Assembly (NCBI RefSeq): GCF_964355755.1
Contig: NC_092672.1
Coordinates: 1-64,000, forward strand
Origin: Antedon mediterranea
Lineage: Eukaryota; Animalia; Echinodermata
Direction of reading: 5' to 3'
DNA length: 64,000 nt
In this document: one piece after another, positions 13,590-25,600 of the stretch
How positions within the stretch are numbered: the stretch's first letter is position 1
How the letters are laid out: each line of letters begins with the position of its first letter
Notes under the pieces: model-generated
What the model was told of the DNA's origin: nothing
Databases searched by the model: none
Seen by the model: the letters and a program-made list of their open reading frames with translations, nothing else
Program-made: the position numbers and the translations under genes

Positions 13590-16500
13590 TTATGATCAAA
13601 TCAATCAATGAAAATCAACATTTATTTCCAAAATGGTGGCGTCACCAAAAAAGCAAAGCTTGTGTCAGGGACGCCCAAACAAAACAATCAAAAGCAAACA
13701 AAACATATAAATAAGACACAGAAATGAAAATAACAATAAAACTTAAAGCGGTACATTTCAATTGTAGTATAAATCATATTAATACATTTTCAATATTTCT
13801 ATTAAAAGGTAAATATATTAACAAGAAACATAGCAGCTAGTATTGTTTGATAATAAATAATATTTTGCAGTTTTTTTTTAAATTATTTACATTATGTATA
13901 TTTTGTAACGAATGAGGCAAAACATTCCAAAGTTTTGCACCAGAGTATCTAATACTGATGAAATATAGTAGTCCTGTGTTTTGGGAGATGAATGTAAGAG
14001 GATGACCTAGTGTCGTAGTTATAGAAAGTAACATTAAATTAAACATATCGTAAAATATATGAGAATAATTATGATTAATACAGTTATGAACAAAAATATG
14101 TTGCTGATAAGTATTTAAATCTTTAAGTGTTATTATATTAAGTTCCTTAAATAGAGGACCCGTATTAGCTGTAAAAGAAGATTTTGAAATTATACGTATG
14201 ATTCTATTTTGGAGCAATGTTAATTTAGTAAGATTTGATTGAAAAGTATTACCACAGACCACATTACAATATAAAAAATAAGAAAGAACAAGAGAATTAT
14301 AATAAAGGTACGGAGAATATTTACATTAACTAAACATTTAATTCTGTTGATTACTCCTATACTTTTAGATATTTTAGTCACCAATTCGTTGATATGGTAT
14401 TTCCAAGTTAACTGCTCCTCTATGAAGACACCGAGAAATTTTGTTTGTTCTACTCTTTGAATGTCATCATTGTTAAGTACAATTTTTAAATCATTTACAT
14501 CATCAGTCTTCTTTTTCTTATTACTAAAATAAATATAATTACATTTCTTTGAATTTAATGATAATCTATTAGCCTTAAACCATTCACAAATATAATGTAA
14601 TTGGTTGTTGGCAGTACTATATAATTCATAGATGTCATCATTACTGTAAAATATATTTGTATCATCGGCATATAGTATAAATGAAAAAAGATCCGATGTC
14701 TTAAAAATGTCATTAACATATAAAATACATAATAGTGGTCCAAGTAGTGACCCTTGTGGTACTCCACATGTTATATTTTTCAGTTCCGACAGCAAAGATT
14801 CATATTTAGTAGGCCTACACTGGGATCGATTTTCAAGGTAACTTTTAAACCATTGTAATGCAACAACACCGTGGATTCCATATTAACTTAACTTATATAA
14901 TAAAATGTTATGGTTTATCGTATCAAAGGCTTTGGATAGATCTAAAAATTACCTATTGCATGTGATTTGTTTGCAAATGCACTTATAATTCTATCTGTAA
15001 GATCCACCAGAGCCATTGAAGAAGAAAATTTGCTACGAAAACCATTATTGACCATTATGAAGAATATTGTACTTATCTAGAAAAGAAACAATTCTAAGAA
15101 AGGCAATACGTTCTAAAATTTTGGAGAAGCATGATAAAATAGAAATTGGTCTATAATTACTAATGTCTCCTTTGTCTCCAGATTGGTAAACGGGTGTAAT
15201 CTTAGCTATTTTTAGTTGGCTAGGAAAAATACCCTTAACTAATGATGCGTTAAAAATATGGCAGAGCGGTTTGCTAATTAAGGCTGCTACTGCTTTAACT
15301 ACATTGGGACATAAACCGTCTAACCCAGCAGCTTTATTATTTTTAAAATTATTTATTATATCACATATTTCTTCTTCGGTCGTTGGAAAAAAGTACATTG
15401 AATGGTTGTTTGGTAGTTTTAAATAATCATTATAATCAGAGGGAATTTTTCTATCAAGTGAGGAACCAATTTGTGTAAAAAAGTCATTAAATGCATTTGC
15501 AATATCTTGCGGTTGATCCAAAGATCGACCATCACAAGTAAAATTAATATTTTGTTTACATTTGACTTTTCTGTTTAATGAATTATTTATTACATCCCAT
15601 GTTTTCTTTATGTTCGATTTAGTACTGGAAAATTGTTCGTTATAATAAGCTAATTTAGATGTTTTTACAAGAGTATTCAATTTATTTCTAAAAGTTTTAT
15701 ACTTTAACTCATTTGGGCCTCTTGGATATTTAAGAAACTTTTTATACAGTTTATTTTTTTGCTTAATAGACTGTAAAATCCCATTGGTCATCCATGGTTT
15801 TAATTTTCTCTTATTTTAGTTTTTAACAGTATGCAATGGAAAATTGTTTTGGTATACTGTTGTAAATTTGGATTGGAACAAATCATAAGCCTTTTCAGGG
15901 TTAGACAAAGACATTACATCATCCCATTCGTTTGTGGCCAGATCTTGTTTAACATTTACAATATTTAAAGGATTAATTAGGCGATACGCCTGAATAGGGA
16001 CATCATTTTGAAATGAATCATTTATAAATTAAGTGATTTGAAAAATTGGCAAATGATAGCTAACGTCACAATATAATATACCCCTTGTGACAGGTAGATC
16101 ATGTGAATTTGTTATAATATTATCAATCAATCTAGCAGTATTACTAGTGATTCGAGTTGGTCTATTTATTAAGGGTAAATAGAAATTACTATATAATATA
16201 TTTAAAAAGTCTTGCGTTGAGTTTATACTCGTATATCGTAAAAGGTCTATATTAAAGTCACCCATAATATAGTTTAGCTTATTTTCTTTATCTATTGTTG
16301 TAAGTATTTTATATCAAAATCGTCCACAAAGTGGTTACTGTTTACATCTGGTAGTTTATAAACAACACCAGCGATAATATTCTTTCCATGATTTTGATTA
16401 ATTTCAATAAAAATTGAATCACATGAAATATTTGTCAAGTAAATGTCATTTCGTTGAGTATATGATCTTAAATTACTTACATACAAAGCAACCCCACCAC

Positions 16501-16842
16501 CTACTCTACCGTTTCGATTTTTAGATAACAATGTATAGTTAGGTATATTTAACGGTGGACTATTTTTAGATAACAATGTATAGTTAGGTATATTTAACGG
16601 TGGACTATTTTTAGATAACAGTGTATAGTTAGGTATATTTAACGGTGGACTATTTTCATTACACCATGTCTCCGAGATACCAATAATATAAAACTGAAAA
16701 TGTAGAATTTCAATAAATTCCATGATAGCATCCAAATGTTTTACTAGACTTCTTGCATTAAAGTGGATACTAGAAAAACTTTTTTGAGTATCTACTGTTT
16801 TAAATTTGCATGCAAATTGATCACAAAGAAAATAATTAGAAA

Positions 16843-17914
16843 GGTTTGTGCGGCCGTCTGCATTGGTGATGTTTCATCAGATGACCTTCCTCTATTATGT
16901 GGCGTCCCACAAGGTTCGCTGCTTGGAACACAGCTGTTTTCCATCTATGTTGCCCCAGTTGCTGAAATAATACGAAGACACGGATTATGTCATCATTTAA
17001 TTCTATGCAGATGATCTACAAATCTACGTTTCTGTCAAGCCTTGCCAGACCAAGTTTCTGTCCGCCGTAAAACGGTTAGAAGCATGCACTGCTGAGATTA
17101 GAAAATGGATGGGCTCCAACTTCCTCAAGCTAAATGATAAAAAGACCGAGGTGATCCTATTTGGTTCTGTTCAGCAGAGAAAAAAGATCCGGTTTGATGG
17201 CCTACATATTGGTGGCGTACTAGTCAATCCATCATCAGAAGTTCGTAACCTTGGTGTACAACTTGATTGTAAAATGACCATGGAATCACATATCAACAAA
17301 ATCTGCCGATCTGCTATTTTCCATTTATGTAACATCGCCAAGATCAGACGTTAATTGAACCATTGTGCAATAGAGCAGATTGTGCATGCTTTTGTTACCA
17401 GTCGGCTTGATATGGAAAATTCTCTGCTGTATGGTCTGCCAAAGAAGCAGTTGCGGACTCTCCAGAAGGTGCAAAATTGGGCAGCTCGCTTGGTGATGTG
17501 TGCCAAGAAGTATGATCACGTCACACCATTGTTCAAAGAGTTAAATTGGCTACCCATGGAGTCACGTGTGTTAAATTTAAGATCCTGCTGCTGGTGTTCC
17601 GATGCCTAAATAGTTGCGCTCCAAAATATCTCTCAGAATTGTTGACAGTCAAGAAAGGAAAGCGAGAACTAAGATCTAGTCATCAGGTGCTACTGGACAT
17701 TCCAAGGAGCAAACATAGTTGGGGATATCGGACTTTCAGTGTTGCTGGACCTAGGCTCTGGAACCACCTACCCTTGAACATTAAACACACATCATTATTG
17801 AGTCACTTTAAGTCACTACTCAAAACTCACCTTTTCTGATTTTTTACAGCGCCATGAGCAATGAATGTTGGAATGGCGCTATATAAATCGAACGATTGAT
17901 TGATTGATTGATTG
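16843..17914 (+). mobile_element. 5'-truncated L2-type LINE nested in the minus-strand LINE
   Basis: GVPQGSLLG, YADD, LKLNDKKTE, HAFVTSRLD, AGPRLWN, LKTHLF; (ATTG)n tail; TSD TAGAAA at 16837-16842 and 17915-17920. Confidence 0.92.
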
Positions 17915-18015
17915 TAGAAATTTTGGTCAGGATCTAGATCAAATTTTCCTGCAGAATTTGTAATCAAACTTGAGTTGATTTAGTCTATTTGTATTATTGG
18001 TATTTCCTGAAACTG

Positions 18016-18102
18016 AATCGCTACCAGTAGTAGAATCTGGTGGGTTTAGGGTTCCCCTAACCCTAACCCTAATCGCTACCAGTAGTAGAATCTGGTGGGT
18101 TT
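18016..18102. repeat. Short interstitial telomeric insertion (TTAGGG fused to CCCTAA x3) inside a 32-bp direct duplication
   Basis: 18016-18047 equals 18071-18102; the insert is AGGGTTCCCCTAACCCTAACCCT. Confidence 0.9.
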
Positions 18103-18297
18103 CTCTTTGTATTATGAGTTGCTACTGAACAAGCCATATCACATGATCACATAATAATATAGAGTCAATTCCAAAAATATAGATACCCAATTGTTAATAA
18201 TTTTATACTTACAATAAATAAAATGATACCAGTAAACAACATTAAATAAACGACAAAAAAAGAAACAAGTTAACGCCGCTCGGTAAAACCGACAGAC

Positions 18298-18718
18298 AAT
18301 TATTATTATTATATTATTATTATATCAACATTTATAAAGCGTCAATTCAAGAACCGAGGTACAAAATCAAAGGCGCTGGGCATGTTAGTGGTCGAAAAAA
18401 TGAGTTTTGAGCAATTTTTTAAATAAGGCAACAGAAGAGCAGTGTTTAATTTGTGGGAGGAGTAAATTTCAGAGTGTGGGTGCTGCAAAAGAAAACGATC
18501 TATGACCAAAGGTTTTAGTGGCTATGCGTGGAACAGAGAGTAAAAAATCATCAGATGATCTAAGAGAGTCCGTCCAGGAACATTGACGGATGTAAGCAGG
18601 TTGGTTGAAAAGAAGTGCTTTAAAAGTAAGGAGCAAGATTTTAAATTTGATTCGATTGTCAATGGGGAGCCAGTGAAGTTCTCGAAGAACAGGTGAAATG
18701 TGAGAGCGACGGTTTGAG
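18298..18718 (-). mobile_element. 3' fragment of an L2-type LINE
   Basis: HISPVLRELHWLPI..RIKFKILLLTFK..RSFSFAAPTL; (TAA)n tail at about 18298-18323. Confidence 0.88.
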
Positions 18719-21643
18719 AACATGTTAAACATACAAAGTAAGGTACAGTATTCAAAAATACCACATATGCATATTATGGCATGTACCGGAATGAAAACAG
18801 CAAAATATTAAAAGTTATTTATAGTTTAGTTAGTCAACAAATATATGGGAAAAAAACTCCATAATAAACACTCCAATATTACTCCCTGTTAGTATGATTC
18901 AATCTTGTGCAATTCGGCCATACAACCTTTCATTTATATACAGATTTCCGTTCCGAAACACTGGTTTCTTACCTTTCGTTATATGCTTTCTGCATTTCTC
19001 TGTATGATTTCTATTTAGCAATATCTGCAGCGGGTAAGTCCTCTATTACGAACGTGTCACATTCTTTGAGAGTTGAGTTTTAGCGCGCTTTAACACGATA
19101 CGTCGATCCGACCTGTAGACAAAACGAGCGATTATAATATGTCGTCGCGGTTTGTCAGCTGATGTTTTGGGTGGTTTGCCGGTGCGGTGAGCCGCCTCAA
19201 TGTCAACGTTGGGATAGCCTACAGTAGCTTGTTGGTTATGATATTTTTTTCAGGGGTTTTTCACCCTTTTCTTCTGTGATGCCACCAAATCTAAGGTTAA
19301 ACCCACGGGAATGACGTTCAAGACTTACCATTTGTGTCTCCAGACGTTGTAATGACGGTAGAGTATGCCGTTGAAATATTTGCTATTTTATTTGTCAGAT
19401 CAACATTTTTCTTTTCGAGATCACTTACTGATTCTGCAGTATAAGCTACAGATTTTTCCATATCTTTTTGAATAGATTCCATCTTATCCATCCTTCTTAA
19501 TAATGTATATTGATTTTTAAGTAGTACGTCAAGCCTACCTCGCATTTCTCCTGCGAGCTTTTGAATTTCCCGCCGAAGGTCAGTTAAGCCCTCACCTGGC
19601 TAGATAGTAGATGCAGTAGGAGGGCTTTCAGAAACAGCTTGGTCAGATGTTAAACGTAAGTTAGATTTACGAGTTGATCGGGCTGCCATTTCCTATAATA
19701 TTGTAATATGTTGAATCTTAAGTCGATGCTTATTAGTATTTCACGGCGATCGGATGACGATGGTTCAGGAATAGTGATTTTGATTCAATTTTGGCGGAGC
19801 TAACTTACGTACGTTCTACATGACCTACATGACCTACGATCAATAAATGGTATGAACAAACAAATGGTATGAACAAACAAAAACGGAAAACATTATATTT
19901 AAATAGACTAGTTTTTATTCTGGATTATAGTTTTATATAAAAACATGAATATCTTACAACTTACCAACAAATTGAATTGTGTATAATAATTATTTAAAAC
20001 GTGTATTTGATAGTGGACTTGGTAATTATACATTTTTTATATAACAGCTATCAAGGTTAAAATAATATAATTTTAAAAATTACTTTGGCAAATCCCATTC
20101 TCAAAAATAAAATAACGAGTTGTTTAAATGTAAGTATTTAAATTAAGGAACTTAAGGATCAAATTAAGTCCGACTACTACCGATATACAAAAGTATCCAT
20201 AAAGCATTGCTAGACTCTTTCGGTAAAGTACAAAACTATTTTAAATACTGCCATAAATAACTCTGTAAACGTTTATGTTGGTCAGGTACAGTAAAACCAG
20301 GGGCAAACTTTTCTATACAGTATAGTACTATTTATACTGCCATAAATAACTCTGTAAACGTTTATGTTGGTCAAGTACAGTAAAGACAGGAGCAGATTCT
20401 TTCTGTACAGTAAAGTACTATATATACTGCCATAAATATCTATATTAATTTGAAAGAGTTCTACTGTACTTTTAAATCGGTAACAAACTTTCAGACAAGT
20501 AATAAAAAATATATATTATACACAGTATAAATCCATGAGTTATAAATGTTCTGTTTAAAATACAGTTACAAAAGAAAGCATTATTAGTATTAAATTTTAA
20601 AAATACCAATTTTACAGCATATTTGAACACTTATCTTTATTATAAACTATTAATACAATTAAAGACTTGCCAACACTTGCTTCTTTAATGAAATTTATTA
20701 TATTCTAAAGGTTAAAATTCAATGAAATGTATTTTGGGGAAAAATGTTTAAACAGTAATGTTTGTTCAAATACTCAAATTATAGAATGCCTTTGATGACA
20801 ATAATTATATGCACTGTCTGTAATAACCTTTATAATCTAGTTGCTCATTTACAACATTCCTCAAATTCTGATGGCAAACAAATCAATACACATTTTTATA
20901 TATTATTTTTTCAAAAATAAATATAAATGTATACATTTTAGTGTATTGCACAATTCCCTGAGAAGTATATATTTTTATTAACTGATCTATAATATCTATC
21001 AAATACATATGTATTATACTGTATTATACTGTATAAGGATATGTATGATAAATAGTTTAGATCACAACATTGTACTACAAACGTACTGTAGCTATTTTTA
21101 TTATCTTCCCTGAAATTATAAACTATTTAACCTCATAAAGGAGAAATACAGTTATCTCCTGTAAAAACTGGCAAGAAATGGCCAACTTAACAAATAAAAG
21201 AAAAAACCTTGAAACATTGTGTGAAAAATAAGTGAACTTGATACTGAGTGAGTAACAAACAACCATTTGAGATTACTTAATGCAGGATATATACTAGATT
21301 GATCAACAATAGCCAAACACCAGAAATAAATAGAACATTATGACTGTATGAGGCAGTATGGTTGATATTGAGTAACAAACAACCATTTGAGATTACTTAA
21401 TGCAGGATATATACTGGATTGATCAACACCAGAGGTAAATAGAAAATCAAAAAATAAGACTACATAATAGTTTGAAAAATATTTTTTTACACAGACCAAG
21501 CATCAAAGGCAAATAATTTGAGCAGTTAAATTCTCTAGATTATCTCTATGCTGATAAATGACATTTTTGTGGTGGTGTTATATTAACCAATAATTAGTTT
21601 AAAAAATGAGCTAAACTTAGCAAGTTCTTGAAAAATAATTGTG

Positions 21644-22692
21644 TTAAGATCTGGTAATTTGATCAAGAATCCCAGTAAAATAAAGTTGATTATCATTGGA
21701 TTCTGATGGTGGTGAGATAGGTTGTGATGGTGGTGAGATAGGTTCTGTTTCTAGGTGAGGAATACTCTCTTCATTTGGCCACAGATTACCTGGATTATTT
21801 GAGAAAGGAATGTATTGTTGAGCTGTTGTCTGCTGTAAAGACTTGTTTAATTCATTTGGCATTTGATAGCCAAAATTATTTGTGTATGACATATACGATG
21901 AATTTTTATTAATCATCTTCGTATGACTTGATAAGTTTAGATCAATTGATTCCTGTAATGGAACTGGAGAAAAACCATTACTATTAGGTTCCTGAAAAGA
22001 CTGTGTTAATAAATTGGGCATTTGAAACCGACTTTGCTCAGAAGACGACTGTAGATTAACTTGCTTATGTGAATTGGGTATTTGAAACAGACTTTGCTCA
22101 GAAGAAGACTGTAGATTAACTTGCTTATGTGAATTGGGCATTTGAAACAGACTTTGCTCAGAAGACGACTGTAGATTAACTTGCTTATGTGAATTGGGCA
22201 TTTGAAACAGACTTTGCTCAGAAGACGACTGTAGATTAACTTGCTTATTGGGCATTTGAAACAGACTTTGCTCAGAAGAAGACTGTAGATTAACTTGCTT
22301 ATGTGCTTCACCAAAGTCAAATTTTTGTAAAAAATTCAAAGCGGACTTATTACTACTATCATGTTCAGGTTCAGTTTGCTTGTTTTTTGAATCAGTTTGT
22401 TCTTTTGACCTTGATGATGAGAAATACAAACTGTTAGGATTTGATAACACCTGAGAGGTACTAGGCTGTGCAAGAAGGTCTGTTAAAGAATCTGTTGGAA
22501 TCATGTCAACTCGTGGAATGATTTCATTCATCCTTGGAATGTATGGGTACTGATTTGGCGTGTTTAATTCTTTATCTGAGGATACCGATTCATTATCACT
22601 AATTATAATTGGGTCCAGTGGTAAAGATGCTTTCTGCTCGTCAGCAAGCATAGACTTCAGCTCCTCAACACACACTTCAGGCATCAAACAAC
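21644..22692 (-). CDS. SBNO: SBNO terminal exon: low-complexity S/Q/N/P tail with five ~20-aa repeats
   Basis: Acceptor TACAAG|GT TGT TTG ATG CCT gives GCLMPEVCV, matching GCLIPKNCV in the paralog; open for about 349 codons. Confidence 0.82.
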
Positions 22693-25600
22693 CTTGTATA
22701 TTTAAAAAATGGAAAACTTACAATAACAAGTTTGAATAGTTAATCATTATAGAAGACTAGATAGAGTATTGGTAGGCCCTAATATTGATTTTACTTATTA
22801 CACTATCTAGCATTGTATTCTAGTTAATCATTTAGAAGACTAGATAGAGTATTGGTAGGCCCTAATATTGATTTTACTTATTACACAATCTAGCATTGTA
22901 TTCTACTAGTTAATCATTTAGAAGACTAGATAGAGTATTGGTAGGCCCTAATATTGATTTTACTTATTACACAATCTAGCATTGTATTCTATTGTATTGT
23001 TCTCTGGTTTGGGAGGATAGGTATAAATGGATAGTAGAACAATGTTGATTAATGATACATGTTATTAGAACATAGTAGCTACCATGTACAATGTATTGTT
23101 CTCTGGTTTGGGAGGATAGGTATAAATGCATAGTAGAACAATGTTGATTAATGATACATGTTATTAGAACATAGTAGCTACCATGTACAATGTACAACAA
23201 TCTATGATATTATTAATTGTTCTGCCGCAAATCTTTAAATCATTTTAATAGAATTATATAATAGATGGTGGGGTGCAATATTCCGCAGCAGAATTAAATA
23301 AAAGATGATGATGTTATTATAGTGCTCTTTATTTGAGCTCCAATATGGAAGGAAGAACACCATTATAAAATACATACCTATCAATTTAGAATCATCCTCT
23401 AGTCGTACTCGTATGATTTGCATTTTAGATTGAGATCCTGGATGACGACGTAATACTTGCTCAACTCGTGACCATACACTTAAAACAGATCCTGTAAGAA
23501 CATGGTAGTTAGTCTTTCGAAGACCTGACTTGCATCTAGTTGTTGATGTTGTAAGTTTACAATTACCCGTCCTGAAATTTGACAAAGAAATGATTTAATG
23601 CTAAATTACTAAAAATAAACAATACTTACAATTGTATATATCTCATTTTATTATAGTTAAGTTAATTGTATGTTCTACAGTATAGAGGGCCTTGACATCA
23701 ACTAGCCTTCGGATCGATCTTCAAATAAAAGAAAAATAAATCAAGTTCAATATTAAAATACTAAATCTTGATTATCATTTAAGAATCTGAAAACTACTCT
23801 TTAGTTTATTAGTTATCTGCAAGCCACGCATCACTGGCACAACAGTTCATCTAAGAGTTTATTGGTAAGGGATCATTTGAGATGTAAACTGTGACGCAGC
23901 CACGCATCACTGGCACAACAGTTCATCTAAGAGTTTATTGGTAAGGGATCATTTGAGATGTAAACTGTAAGTGACGCAGCCACGCATCACTGGCACAACA
24001 GTTCATCTAAGAGGTTATTGGTAAGGGATCATTTGAGATGTAAACTCTAAGTGACGCAGCCACGCATCACTGGCACAACAGTTCATCTAAGAGTTTATTG
24101 GTAAGGGATCATTTGAGATGTAAACTGTAAGTGACGCAGCCACGCATCACTGGCACAACAGTTCATCTAAGAGTTTATTGGTAAAAAAAGGATCATTTGA
24201 GATGTAAACTGTAAGTGACGCAGCCACGCATCACTAGCACAACAGTTCATCTAAGAGTTTATTGGTAAGGGATCATTTGAGATGTAAACTGTAAGTAACG
24301 CAGCCACGCATCACTGGCACAACAGTTCATCTAAGAGTTTATTGGTAAGGGATCATTTGAGATGTAAACTGTAAGTGACGCAGCCACGCATCACTGGCAC
24401 AACAGTTCATCTAAGAGGTTATTGGTAAGGGATCATTTGAGATGTAAACTCTAAGTGACGCAGCCACGCATCACTGGCACAACAGTTCATCTAAGAGTTT
24501 ATTGGTAAGGGATCATTTGAGATGTAAACTGTAAGTGACGCAGCCACGCACCACTGGCACAACAGTTCATCTAAGAGTTTATTGGTAAAAAAGGGATCAT
24601 TTGAGATGTAAACTGTAAGTGACGCAGCCACGCATCACTAGCACAACAGTTCATCTAAGAGTTTATTGGTAAGGGATCATTTGAGATGTAAACTGTAAGT
24701 AACGCAGCCACGCATCACTGGCACAACAGTTCATCTAAGAGTTTATTGGTAAGGGATCATTTGAGATGTAAACTGTAAGTAACGCAGCCACGCATCACTG
24801 GCACAACAGTTCATCTAAGAGTTTATTGGTAAGGGATCATTTGAGATGTAAACTGTAAGTAACGCAGCCACGCATCACTGGCACAACAGTTCATCTAAGA
24901 GTTTATTGGTAAGGGATCATTTGAGATGTAAACTGTAAGTGACGCAGCCACGCATCACTGGCACAACAGTTCATCTAAGAGGTTATTGGTAAGGGATCAT
25001 TTGAGATGTAAACTGTAAGTGACGCAGCCACGCATCACTGGCACAACAGTTGATCTAAGAGTTTATTGGTAAGGGATCATTTGAGATGTAAACTGTAAGT
25101 GACGCAGCCACGCATCACTGGCACAACAGTTCATCTAAGAGTTTATTGGTAAGGGATCATTTGAGATGTAAACTGTAAGTGACGCAGTGTGTTTGACGTT
25201 TGACTACTGATCGTGAGATTGAGGTTCAAATCCAACACTCGCTGCATTGGTTGTATCATTAGCCAAGACACTTTACTTACCCGGTTAGGTCAAGACACAA
25301 CCTTGCGCTGATTACTAGCTACATTATGGGAGCATGTTTCCATACATGTTTGATCCAAAAAAAATGACTGGGGTAATAATGTTCAGCACTTAGAGGTTTC
25401 ACAACATTAGGCACTATATAAATCCAGGATATTATTATTAACATGCATTCTGCACATTTTTGCTGGAATTTAGTAAGAATAATGTGTTTATGGTGGAATG
25501 TTACAGCAACTTAAAAAATAATGCTGCTAAACTGACTTACCCATAAGAATGATTACAATGCATTTCAGAATAATGTGTCTATGGTGGAATGTGACTTAAA

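Larger units (their letters stand above)
13596..19820 (-). mobile_element. Degenerate near full-length CR1/L2-group LINE (ORF1 plus APE-RT ORF2), frameshifted, with nested insertions
   Basis: ORF1 remnants at about 18880-19689 (coiled coil, then RHSRGFNLRFGGITE, IEAAHR). APE: GISETW, GGGVALYV, MGDFN, RPTR. RT: NYRPIS, GVPQGSLLGP, YADDT. C-terminal RYSGAKLWN. Short ATTG tail near 13600. Confidence 0.9.

Noticed and set aside
8253-19820. Telomere-specific retrotransposon system (TRAS/SART/HeT-A-like)
   Set aside because: The LINEs are not inserted in CCCTAA repeats, are in mixed orientation and are degenerate; a normal telomerase-type array is present.
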